The notes below the pieces were generated by a model. That model saw only the letters and a list, made by a program, of their open reading frames with translations. It was not told where the DNA came from and searched no databases. Position numbers and translations under genes: made by a program. From Enterobacteria phage Ac3: a DNA stretch of 64,000 bases. The stretch is from the sequence record OK040907; one strand, written 5' to 3'. Shown one piece after another: positions 9,654-19,010 of this stretch; positions within the stretch are counted from its first letter, which is position 1; each line of letters opens with the position of its first letter.

Positions 9654-10279
9654 TACAATAGCTCAAAGAATTCTTTGAGTCCTCTTATTACATGAGCGTG
9701 GGTTTTTCCACACTCTGGACACTTAATTGGAACAGCCAAATAAACAGTAGGCTTTAAAAGCATATCTTTTATAGCTACAATATCTGACTCTGTGATGATA
9801 GAATATAAATCTTCCAATTCTTTTTCATTTAAGTCTTCAACTGGAATGCTTTCACCGTTAGCATGAATCGTTTCTATACATGATACTATCATGTGGGCTA
9901 TATTTTTATCATCAAAAATTTTAGGGTAATGGAATTTAATTTTAATGTCACCCAGTGTATACCAGAGGTCTTCTGGTGCATCTATTTGTGTATGTAATAG
10001 ATTTATATGGGTTGGTATTTCAGTTCCACAGGTGCACTTCCAGGAGTTTTCGTGATTAACTTCTCCAAGAGAATGCGCCCATAAATGAATCAGTAATAGT
10101 TCTGATTCTTGGCGGTTTAAATCTTTTGCATTTGTACAGTCTTTGATTAGCTTTTTAACAATCTCTTCTACTGAACCATTCTTTTTAGCAGTAATAAGTT
10201 CTAGATATTCTTTAAGAGTAAATGCGCGACAGTTGATTATTTTAGAACCAACTCTCACATCAAATTTGTATTCATACAT
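9653..10279 (-). CDS. 26: baseplate hub protein gp26
   Basis: 208-aa ORF, T4 gp26 length; overlapping stop/start with gene 25. Confidence 0.85.
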   Translation of the reverse strand: MYEYKFDVRVGSKIINCRAFTLKEYLELITAKKNGSVEEIVKKLIKDCTNAKDLNRQESELLLIHLWAHSLGEVNHENSWKCTCGTEIPTHINLLHTQIDAPEDLWYTLGDIKIKFHYPKIFDDKNIAHMIVSCIETIHANGESIPVEDLNEKELEDLYSIITESDIVAIKDMLLKPTVYLAVPIKCPECGKTHAHVIRGLKEFFELL

Positions 10280-10305
10280 ATTTAGCTCCTTTATTTATCA
10301 TATCT

Positions 10306-10313
10306 TATAAATA
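10306..10313 (+). promoter_or_regulatory. T4-type late promoter TATAAATA upstream of gene 51
   Basis: exact TATAAATA about 18 nt upstream of the gene 51 start. Confidence 0.65.
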
Positions 10314-10330
10314 GAATAAAAGGAGCATCT

Positions 10331-11083
10331 ATGGCAAACATTATTCGTTGTAAATTACCAGATGGTGTTCATCGTTTTAAACCATTTACGGTAGAAGATT
10401 ATCGAGATTTTTTGTTAGTTCGAAACGATATAGAACATCGGTCACCACAAGAACAAAAAGAAGTAATTGCTGATTTAATTGCTGATTATTTTGGAGACTA
10501 TCCAAAGACTTGGCAACCGTTTATATTTTTGCAGGTATTTGTAGGTTCAATAGGTAAAACTAAAGTACCAGTCACATTCATATGTCCAAAATGTAAAAAA
10601 GAAAAGACAGTTCCATTTGAAATATATCAAAAAGAATTAAAGGAACCTATTTTTGATGTAGCTAATGTTAAAATTAAATTAAATTTTCCTTCTGAGTTTT
10701 ATGAAAATAAAGCAAAGATGATTACTGAAAATATTCATTCTGTTCAAGTAGATGAAATGTGGTATGATTGGAAGGAAATTAGTGAATCAAGTCAAATAGA
10801 ACTTGTTGACGCCATCGAGATAGAAACATTAGAAAAAATTCTCGATGCAATGAATCCTATTAATTTAACATTGCACATGTCGTGTTGTGATAAGTACATT
10901 AAAAAATACACTGATATAGTAGATGTGTTTAAGCTATTAGTTAATCCAGATGAGATATTTACTTTTTATCAAATTAATCACACGCTTGTAAAAAGTAATT
11001 ATAGCTTAAATTCAATAATGAAAATGATTCCTGCCGAGCGCGGATTCGTATTAAAACTGATTGAGAAGGATAAACATCAATGA
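10331..11083 (+). CDS. 51: baseplate hub assembly catalyst gp51
   Basis: 250-aa ORF in T4 gene order with Cys-rich motifs. Confidence 0.85.
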   Translation: MANIIRCKLPDGVHRFKPFTVEDYRDFLLVRNDIEHRSPQEQKEVIADLIADYFGDYPKTWQPFIFLQVFVGSIGKTKVPVTFICPKCKKEKTVPFEIYQKELKEPIFDVANVKIKLNFPSEFYENKAKMITENIHSVQVDEMWYDWKEISESSQIELVDAIEIETLEKILDAMNPINLTLHMSCCDKYIKKYTDIVDVFKLLVNPDEIFTFYQINHTLVKSNYSLNSIMKMIPAERGFVLKLIEKDKHQ

Positions 11084-12252
11084 GTATGTTACAACGTCCT
11101 GGATATCCAAATCTCAGCGTTAAATTATTTGAGAGTTATGACGCTTGGAGTAATAATAGATTTGTTGAATTAGCTGCTACTATTACCACATTAACTATGC
11201 GTGACTCTCTTTATGGTCGAAATGAAGGAATGCTACAATTTTATGATTCTAAAAACATTCATACAAAAATGGATGGAAATGAAATAATTCAGATTTCTGT
11301 AGCTAATGCAAACGATATTAATAATGTTAAAACCCGAATTTATGGATGCAAGCATTTTTCCGTGTCAGTAGATTCAAAAGGCGATAACATCATTGCTATT
11401 GAATTAGGAACTATTCATTCTATAGAAAATCTTAAATTTGGTAGACCATTTTTCCCTGATGCCGGTGAATCTATAAAGGAAATGCTTGGCGTAATTTATC
11501 AAGATCGTACATTATTAACTCCAGCGATAAATGCTATTAATGCTTATGTTCCTGATATTCCATGGACTAGCACATTTGAAAACTATTTGTCATATGTAAG
11601 AGAAGTTGCTCTAGCGGTAGGAAGCGATAAGTTCGTATTTGTATGGCAAGACATCATGGGAGTTAACATGATGGACTATGATATGATGATAAATCAAGAA
11701 CCATATCCAATGATTGTAGGTGAGCCAACTTTAATAGGTCAATTCGTCCAAGAATTGAAATATCCATTAGCATATGATTTTGTTTGGTTGACTAAATCAA
11801 ACCCGCATAAACGTGATCCAATGAAAAATGCTACTATCTATGCTCATTCATTTTTAGATTCTTCATTACCAATGATTACTACAGGAAAGGGTGAAAACTC
11901 TATTGTAGTGTCAAGGTCAGGTGCTTATTCTGAAATGACTTATAGAAATGGATATGAAGAAGCTATTCGTCTTCAGACTATGGCGCAGTATGATGGTTAC
12001 GCTAAATGTTCTACTGTCGGTAATTTTAACTTGACTCCTGGCGTTAAAATTATTTTTAATGATAGTAAAAACCAATTTAAAACAGAATTTTACGTTGATG
12101 AAGTTATTCACGAATTATCAAATAATAATTCCGTAACTCATCTTTATATGTTCACTAATGCAACGAAACTGGAAACAATCGACCCAGTTAAGGTTAAAAA
12201 TGAATTTAAAACTGATACTACCACTGAAGAAAGTAGTTCTTCCGATAAGTAA
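11080..12252 (+). CDS. 27: baseplate hub subunit gp27
   Basis: 390-aa ORF, T4 gp27 length and position. Confidence 0.9.
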   Translation: MSMLQRPGYPNLSVKLFESYDAWSNNRFVELAATITTLTMRDSLYGRNEGMLQFYDSKNIHTKMDGNEIIQISVANANDINNVKTRIYGCKHFSVSVDSKGDNIIAIELGTIHSIENLKFGRPFFPDAGESIKEMLGVIYQDRTLLTPAINAINAYVPDIPWTSTFENYLSYVREVALAVGSDKFVFVWQDIMGVNMMDYDMMINQEPYPMIVGEPTLIGQFVQELKYPLAYDFVWLTKSNPHKRDPMKNATIYAHSFLDSSLPMITTGKGENSIVVSRSGAYSEMTYRNGYEEAIRLQTMAQYDGYAKCSTVGNFNLTPGVKIIFNDSKNQFKTEFYVDEVIHELSNNNSVTHLYMFTNATKLETIDPVKVKNEFKTDTTTEESSSSDK

Positions 12253-12733
12253 TAAAGAAGTTTCTATTCCTAAGATGGGTCTTAAACATTATAACATTTT
12301 AAAAGATGTTAAAGGTCCTGATGAAAATTTAAAGCTTCTTATTGATTCTATTTGTCCAAATTTATCACCGGCAGAAGTTGATTTCGTTTCTATTCATTTG
12401 CTAGAATTTAATGGAAAGATTAAATCTCGTAAAGAAATAGATGGTTATACTTATGATATTAATGACGTTTATGTATGCCAAAGATTGGAATTTCAATACC
12501 AAGGAAATACATTTTATTTTAGACCTCCTGGAAAATTTGAACAATTTTTAACTGTAAGCGATATGTTATCCAAATGCTTGCTTAAGGTCAATGATGAAGT
12601 TAAAGAAATTAATTTTCTTGAGATGCCAGCATTTGTTTTAAAATGGGCAAATGATATTTCTACAACTTTAGCAATTCCTGGCCCTAATGGTCCAATAACC
12701 GGAATTGGCAATATTATTGGATTATTTGAATGA
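12200..12733 (+). CDS. 28: baseplate hub distal subunit gp28
   Basis: ORF track gives 12158..12733; internal ATG at 12200 yields 177 aa (T4 gp28 length) with AAGG upstream; overlaps 3' end of gene 27. Confidence 0.75.
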   Translation: MNLKLILPLKKVVLPISNKEVSIPKMGLKHYNILKDVKGPDENLKLLIDSICPNLSPAEVDFVSIHLLEFNGKIKSRKEIDGYTYDINDVYVCQRLEFQYQGNTFYFRPPGKFEQFLTVSDMLSKCLLKVNDEVKEINFLEMPAFVLKWANDISTTLAIPGPNGPITGIGNIIGLFE

Positions 12734-14502
12734 AAAAGCCACAAGAAATGCAAACGATGCGTAGAAAAGTTATTTCAGATAATAAACCAACACAGGAAGC
12801 GGCTAAATCCGCTTCTAATACTTTATCTGGACTTAACGATATATCTACGAAATTGGATGATGCTCAAGCTGCTTCTGAATTAATAGCTCAGACTGTTGAA
12901 GAAAAATCAAATGAAATAGTTGGAGCAATTGATAACGTTGAAAGCGCAGTAAGTGATACTACTGCCGGTTCTGAGTTAATTGCTGAAACTGTTGAAATTG
13001 GAAACAATATTAATAAAGAAATCGGTGAATCGCTCGGAAGCAAATTAGATAAATTAACAAGTTTACTGGAACAAAAAATTCAGACAGCTGGAATTCAGCA
13101 AACTGGAACGAGTTTAGCAGTAGTCGAAAATGCTATTCCTGTTAAAGTCGTCGAGGATGATACAGCTGAATCTGTGGGTCCTTTATTACCGGCTCCTGAA
13201 GCAGTTAATAATGATCCTGATGCTGATTTTTTCCCTACTCCTCAGCCAATTGAACCAAAACAAGAGTCTCCAGAAGAGAAGCAAAAAAGAGACGCATTTA
13301 ACTTAAAATTATCTCAAGCTTTAGATAAATTAACAAAGACAGTTGATTTCGGATTTAAGAAATCTATTTCAATTACTGATAAAATATCTAGCATGCTATT
13401 TAAGTATACCGTCAGTGCTGCTATTGAAGCTGCTAAAATGGTTGCATTGATAATGGCTGTTGTTATTGGAATAGACCTGCTGATGGTTCATTTTAAATAC
13501 TGGTCAGATAAATTTTCAAAAGCCTGGGATTTATTTAGCACTGATTTTACTAAATTCTCTAGCGAAACCGGAACATGGGGTCCTTTATTACAGAGCATCT
13601 TTGATTCTATTGATGAAATTAAAAAGTTCTGGGAAGCTGGAGATTGGGGCGGATTAACAGTAGCTATTGTTGAAGGGCTTGGAAGTGTTCTTTATAATTT
13701 AGGAGAGCTTATTCAATTAGGTATGGCTAAATTATCTGCAGCAATTCTTCGAGTCATTCCTGGCATGAAGGATACTGCTGATGAAGTAGAAGGAAGAGCA
13801 TTAGAAAATTTCCAAAATTCTACTGGAGCATCTCTTAATAAAGAAGACCAAGAAAAAGTAGCAAATTATCAAGATAAACGAATGAATGATGATCTTGGCC
13901 CAATAGCAAAAGGATTAGACAAAATTGCGAACTGGAAAACTCGTGCATCTAACTGGATTCGTGGTGTAGATAATAAAGAAGCATTGACTACTGACGAAGA
14001 ACGTGCAGCAGAAGAAGAAAAATTAAAACAACTTTCACCGGAAGAAAGAAAAAATGCTTTAATGAAAGCTAATGAAGCTCGTGCTGCGATGATTCGTTTT
14101 GAAAAATACGCTGATTCAGCTGATATGAGCAAAGACTCGACAGTTAAATCAATTGAAGCTGCTCATGAAGACCTTAAAAAACGAATGAATGATCCGGATT
14201 TAAATAATTCACCAGCAGTTAAAAAAGAACTTGCTTCTAGATTTGCTAAAATTGATGCCACTTATCAAGAGCTCAAGAAAAATCAACCTGAAGCAAAACC
14301 TGAAACTTCTGCTAAATCACCAGAAGCAAAACAGGTCCAGGTGATTGAAAAGAACAAAGCACAACAAGCTCCTGTTCAACAAGCATCTCCTTCAATCAAT
14401 AATACTAATAATGTTATTAAGAAAAATACTGTCGTTCATAATATGACACCTGTCACAAGCACAACTGCTCCTGGTGTATTTGGTGCGACGGGAGTTAATT
14501 AA
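12730..14502 (+). CDS. 29: baseplate hub / tail length determinator gp29
   Basis: 590-aa ORF, T4 gp29 length and position. Confidence 0.9.
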   Translation: MKKPQEMQTMRRKVISDNKPTQEAAKSASNTLSGLNDISTKLDDAQAASELIAQTVEEKSNEIVGAIDNVESAVSDTTAGSELIAETVEIGNNINKEIGESLGSKLDKLTSLLEQKIQTAGIQQTGTSLAVVENAIPVKVVEDDTAESVGPLLPAPEAVNNDPDADFFPTPQPIEPKQESPEEKQKRDAFNLKLSQALDKLTKTVDFGFKKSISITDKISSMLFKYTVSAAIEAAKMVALIMAVVIGIDLLMVHFKYWSDKFSKAWDLFSTDFTKFSSETGTWGPLLQSIFDSIDEIKKFWEAGDWGGLTVAIVEGLGSVLYNLGELIQLGMAKLSAAILRVIPGMKDTADEVEGRALENFQNSTGASLNKEDQEKVANYQDKRMNDDLGPIAKGLDKIANWKTRASNWIRGVDNKEALTTDEERAAEEEKLKQLSPEERKNALMKANEARAAMIRFEKYADSADMSKDSTVKSIEAAHEDLKKRMNDPDLNNSPAVKKELASRFAKIDATYQELKKNQPEAKPETSAKSPEAKQVQVIEKNKAQQAPVQQASPSINNTNNVIKKNTVVHNMTPVTSTTAPGVFGATGVN

Positions 14503-14510
14503 GGAATAAT

Positions 14511-15605
14511 ATGGCAATTGTTAAAGAAATAACTGCTGATTTAATTAAAAAGTCCGGTGAAACAATTTCAGCCGGACAGAGTACTAAATCAGAAGTAGGA
14601 ACTAAAACATACACAGCCCAGTTTCCAACTGGGCGTGCTAGTGGTAATGACACTACAGGGGACTTCCAGGTAACAGATCTATATAAGAATGGATTATTAT
14701 TTACTGCATACAATATGTCATCTAGGGATTCTGGAAGTCTTAGAACGATGAGATCTAACTACTCTTCTTCATCTTCGAGTATTTTACGTACAGCCAGAAA
14801 CACTATCAGTAATACAGTATCAAAACTATCAAATGGACTAATATCAGATAATAATTCAGGAACAATAAGTAAAGTTCCTGTTGCAAATATTCTTTTACCT
14901 AGATCTAAATCTGACGTCGATACGTCATCACATAGATTTAATGATGTTCAAGATAGTCTTATTACAAAAGGCGGAGGTACTGCTACTGGTGTGCTAAGTA
15001 ATATGGCTTCAACTGCAGTATTTGGTGCGCTTGAAAGTATAACACAAGGAATAATGGCTGATAATAATGAACAGATCTATACAACAGCTAGAAGTATGTA
15101 TGGCGGTGCTGAAAATAGAACAAAAGTGTTCACCTGGGATTTGACTCCACGCTCAACAGAAGATTTAATGGCTATTATTAATATCTATCAGTATTTTAAC
15201 TATTTTTCTTACGGTGAAACTGGTAAATCTCAATATGCTGCTGAAATAAAAGGATATTTAGATGAGTGGTATCGTTCTACATTTATTGAACCATTAACGC
15301 CAGAAGACGCGATTAAAAACAAGACGTTATTTGAAAAAATGACATCGAGTTTAACGAACGTTCTTGTAGTTTCAAACCCGACAATTTGGATGGTGAAAAA
15401 CTTTGGTGCAACTTCTAAATTTGATGGAAAGACTGAAGTATTCGGTCCATGCCAAATACAGAGTATTAGATTTGATAAAACACCAAATGGTAACTTTAAT
15501 GGATTAGCTATTGCTCCTAACCTTCCAAGTTCTTTTACACTCGAGATTACTATGAGAGAGATTATTACGTTAAACCGTGCTTCTTTATATACGGGGACTT
15601 TCTAA
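14511..15605 (+). CDS. 48: baseplate tail tube cap gp48
   Basis: 364-aa ORF, T4 gp48 length and position. Confidence 0.9.
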   Translation: MAIVKEITADLIKKSGETISAGQSTKSEVGTKTYTAQFPTGRASGNDTTGDFQVTDLYKNGLLFTAYNMSSRDSGSLRTMRSNYSSSSSSILRTARNTISNTVSKLSNGLISDNNSGTISKVPVANILLPRSKSDVDTSSHRFNDVQDSLITKGGGTATGVLSNMASTAVFGALESITQGIMADNNEQIYTTARSMYGGAENRTKVFTWDLTPRSTEDLMAIINIYQYFNYFSYGETGKSQYAAEIKGYLDEWYRSTFIEPLTPEDAIKNKTLFEKMTSSLTNVLVVSNPTIWMVKNFGATSKFDGKTEVFGPCQIQSIRFDKTPNGNFNGLAIAPNLPSSFTLEITMREIITLNRASLYTGTF

Positions 15606-16570
15606 TGTATTCTTTAGAGGAATTTAATAATCAAGCAATAAACGCAGACTTCCAACGTAATAATATGTTCAGCTGTGTTTTTGCTACAACTCCATCAACT
15701 AAAAGCTCATCGTTAATAAGCTCAATTAGTAACTTTGCTTATAATAACTTGGGTCTAAATTCAGATTGGTTGGGATTAACTCAAGGTGATATTAATCAGG
15801 GAATTACTACGCTAATTACCGCTGGCACACAAAAACTGATAAGAAAATCAGGGGTTAGTAAATATCTTATTGGTGCCATGAGTCAACGTACAGTTCAAAG
15901 TTTATTAGGCTCATTTACAGTTGGTACATATTTAATTGACTTCTTTAACATGGCATATAACTCATCTGGATTGATGATATATTCTGTAAAAATGCCAGAG
16001 AATAGATTATCCTATGAAACTGACTGGAACTATAATTCTCCTAATATTCGTATAACTGGAAGAGAATTAGACCCTTTGGTTATTTCATTTAGAATGGATT
16101 CAGAAGCTTGTAACTATCGTGCAATGCAAGACTGGGTTAACGCTGTTCAAGACCCAGTAACTGGATTGCGTGCTTTACCGCAAGATGTCGAGGCAGATAT
16201 TCAGGTCAATCTTCATTCTCGCAATGGATTACCACATACTGCGGTGATGTTCACTGGCTGTATTCCAATATCTGTGAGTGCTCCTGAGTTATCATATGAT
16301 GGAGATAACCAAATAACTACATTTGATGTTACTTTCGCTTATAGAGTCATGCAGGCTGGAGCAGTTGATAGACAAGCTGCCCTTGAATGGCTTGAATCTG
16401 CTACTATAAATGGTATTCAAAGCGTTCTCGGAAATAGTGGAGGTGTTACTGGACTATCTAATTCGCTTTCACGACTTAGTAGATTAGGGGGAACTGCAGG
16501 AAGCATTTCAAATATTAATACTATGACAGGAATTGTCAATTCGCAAAGTAAAATATTAGGAGCAATATAA
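15605..16570 (+). CDS. 54: baseplate tail tube initiator gp54
   Basis: 321-aa ORF, T4 gp54 length and position. Confidence 0.9.
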   Translation: MYSLEEFNNQAINADFQRNNMFSCVFATTPSTKSSSLISSISNFAYNNLGLNSDWLGLTQGDINQGITTLITAGTQKLIRKSGVSKYLIGAMSQRTVQSLLGSFTVGTYLIDFFNMAYNSSGLMIYSVKMPENRLSYETDWNYNSPNIRITGRELDPLVISFRMDSEACNYRAMQDWVNAVQDPVTGLRALPQDVEADIQVNLHSRNGLPHTAVMFTGCIPISVSAPELSYDGDNQITTFDVTFAYRVMQAGAVDRQAALEWLESATINGIQSVLGNSGGVTGLSNSLSRLSRLGGTAGSISNINTMTGIVNSQSKILGAI

Positions 16571-16574
16571 CAAT

Positions 16575-16604
16575 GGGGACCTTTCGGTCCCCATATTTTT
16601 ATTT
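16575..16604 (+). terminator. hairpin GGGGACC-TTTC-GGTCCCC plus T-rich tract after gene 54
   Basis: perfect 7-bp stem followed by ATATTTTTATTT. Confidence 0.6.
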
Positions 16605-16889
16605 ACGGAATGAAATAAAAGCAGCAACTGAAGCAACAGAGGTTTCTTCAATATAAACCTCAATTTTTACCGGAGCTTCTGACTCAAATTTACCTGTTAC
16701 TACACCTTGGAAAATACTTTCAGTCTGTTCTGGCTTTGAAAAATTTTCAGAAGGAAAAATTCCGAACTTTTTATCTGTTCCAAAAATTTTGATAAATTCA
16801 TCGTAAACTGCTTCATTGAAAGCGTTATCAGCGGGAATAACGCCTTCAACGACGAGTTCTTGACCTAAAAAGCGCAAAGAAGATTTCAT
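16599..16889 (-). CDS. small early protein downstream of an early promoter
   Basis: 96-aa ORF; GAGGAA Shine-Dalgarno and early promoter directly upstream. Confidence 0.6.
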   Translation of the reverse strand: MKSSLRFLGQELVVEGVIPADNAFNEAVYDEFIKIFGTDKKFGIFPSENFSKPEQTESIFQGVVTGKFESEAPVKIEVYIEETSVASVAAFISFRK

Positions 16890-16920
16890 TTTGTGTTCCT
16901 CATGTTATGTCAGTAAGACT

Positions 16921-16950
16921 ACTATAACACAACATGAGGGACTTGTAAAC
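16921..16950 (-). promoter_or_regulatory. T4-type early promoter (GTTTAC, 18-nt spacer, TATAGT)
   Basis: minus strand GTTTACaagtccctcatgttgtgtTATAGT; part of an exact 54-bp repeat also found at 32174..32227. Confidence 0.7.
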
Positions 16951-19007
16951 TACATTTTGAACTTTTTAGACATTCCGTTGATGTTAACCAAAGAAGCTAA
17001 GATTTGAGAAACTTCGTTTTCCTCTTCTTTTGATTCTTCTACAAGGAATTGATTAAATCCAGCCATTGGACGAACTTCACCAGTTTCCATTAGATGGTCG
17101 CCATCATATACTGATTCTTCTAATTGTTCAGAAGGAGGAACGATTGTACCTTCGATTAGATACTTGTTATAAGCAGTTTCTTTCATAAAGTAAGTACTTA
17201 CTTTATTAATCTTCAGTAAAATTCCACGTGGTAGAATAACTTCAGCTTCTGATGGAAATCCTGATAAATGACCTGGAACGATAACTTTAACTCGTTCAGC
17301 TCCTTTAATTACCATACCCACGCTAGTTTCAGCATCTTCATTAGCATATGTAGAATGACTACCCATATGCATCAAATCTTCTGCATCAACGGAACCTTCT
17401 CCTTCACCAGAAAATACTGCTCCGGAATTATCTAAGGCCATATAATTTTTACCATACTCACCAAAGATATTTGGTTTAAGTGATGTCGATACGAAGTTCT
17501 TGAAATAGAACATTTTATTTTCAATGTTATGACGCAAAGTTTTAAAAGTAACTTCTTGTCCACGGTAAAGTGTAGTTCCTGGAGGAAGAACTGAACCTTT
17601 AGCGAATGCAGAATCCAGCGTCTCAATATGTTTAATAGCTCGTTCCATATATTCTTCACGTGTAGAATCAGGTTTACCTAAAAGGAATGAGTTCATTTCA
17701 ACATACGAATCTGCGCAATAATCTTCAATTACATCAGACTCAGCCTGAGTCAATCCTTTTGGAGTTACTTCAGTGCTTGCATATTCATACGCCTGAGCAG
17801 CGGATTCATCAATTAATTTATAAATTCCATTCATTACAAATTGAATAATAGCTGTCTTTTCATCTGGTGTAGCTTTAGAACCTTTAACTAAATCATTGAT
17901 AATTTTCTTAATAACATCAAAACTATTAGAAATATTAATATCAGCAAGATCGCTTAAAATTTTATCAGTTTTGTAATTAAAGAAGTCTTTATTCTTTAAA
18001 TATTCCTGGGAACCTTGATATGATGTATCGCTCTGCAACTTGATAGATGGATCGCGTAAACGCGCATGGGCTAATGCAATATGATTTCGGAAACTTTCTA
18101 GTTCATAATCGTTAGATTTAAAACGAGAAGCACTTCTCATACCGCCGATAGCTCCTTTGCCGAAGTTTGAACCAATCTGAATAACGCCAGAGTTCATTGG
18201 TCCTTCTGCTTTATATACCGGAACTTTAGATTCAAATTCTTGATATTTCTTAGCAGCGAAGCTATCACCCTGAAGTGAAGCATCAACAGTAGAATATTGA
18301 GCTTGTGCTGCTAATCGACGACTAATTTTAGTTTTCTGAATAACAGCTTGATCCGTACGCTTATCATTTTCTAAAGCAATAGAAGCAGCAACTGCGACAG
18401 CTTTAGGAACAGCATTACCTGTTTTAACGTCTACATAAACATCACCGACTTTCGATTCAACTTTTGTGAATAACTCAGTTGAAATAGGAGGTACACCTGG
18501 AATGTCTTCTAAATTGGCATTTTTACGGTAAACCATAATATATGCATATTTCTTATCATAGTCCCAGATTTCCTTTAAAAGAACATATCGACCTGCTCCT
18601 TTAGTACGTACTAAACGGTCAGCAATAACTTGCATTTGACGAGCAGCGCCATTTGTTTTACTTTTTAGTACGCGGAATAGGCATGCATCAATTTTATACT
18701 GTTTCATTGTTTGAAGAGCAGTATCAAAAACCGCATTAATGACACCAATTGGATTTCCACCCAAGTTTTTAAGCTTAACTAACGATAATTTCTCATTAAC
18801 ACCTATCATTACGATATGCATCATTTTGTCGCCTGGCTTAACGTTTTTATTCGTATCACCGCCAGAGGTGTATGTACAAAATCGAAATCCAGGAAGAACG
18901 CTTTCTTCACCGGCTTGAATAGCAAAAATTTGAGGTATTTTATGCTTAGGATTTAAGTTAACAACCGGCGCCGAAGCGCCGTCAAATAATTCTGTAATAA
19001 GTTCCAT
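16950..19007 (-). CDS. Alt-like ADP-ribosyltransferase, paralog 2
   Basis: 685-aa ORF; N-terminus MELITELFDG; ART-like motifs YRGQ, FVSTS, EAEVILPRG (R / S-T-S / E-x-E). Confidence 0.85.
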   Translation of the reverse strand: MELITELFDGASAPVVNLNPKHKIPQIFAIQAGEESVLPGFRFCTYTSGGDTNKNVKPGDKMMHIVMIGVNEKLSLVKLKNLGGNPIGVINAVFDTALQTMKQYKIDACLFRVLKSKTNGAARQMQVIADRLVRTKGAGRYVLLKEIWDYDKKYAYIMVYRKNANLEDIPGVPPISTELFTKVESKVGDVYVDVKTGNAVPKAVAVAASIALENDKRTDQAVIQKTKISRRLAAQAQYSTVDASLQGDSFAAKKYQEFESKVPVYKAEGPMNSGVIQIGSNFGKGAIGGMRSASRFKSNDYELESFRNHIALAHARLRDPSIKLQSDTSYQGSQEYLKNKDFFNYKTDKILSDLADINISNSFDVIKKIINDLVKGSKATPDEKTAIIQFVMNGIYKLIDESAAQAYEYASTEVTPKGLTQAESDVIEDYCADSYVEMNSFLLGKPDSTREEYMERAIKHIETLDSAFAKGSVLPPGTTLYRGQEVTFKTLRHNIENKMFYFKNFVSTSLKPNIFGEYGKNYMALDNSGAVFSGEGEGSVDAEDLMHMGSHSTYANEDAETSVGMVIKGAERVKVIVPGHLSGFPSEAEVILPRGILLKINKVSTYFMKETAYNKYLIEGTIVPPSEQLEESVYDGDHLMETGEVRPMAGFNQFLVEESKEEENEVSQILASLVNINGMSKKFKM

Positions 19008-19010
19008 GAT

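Noticed and set aside
12158-12199. ORF-track start of gene 28 at 12158
   Set aside because: Gives 191 aa and a long overlap with gene 27; the internal ATG at 12200 yields the 177-aa length I recall for T4 gp28.
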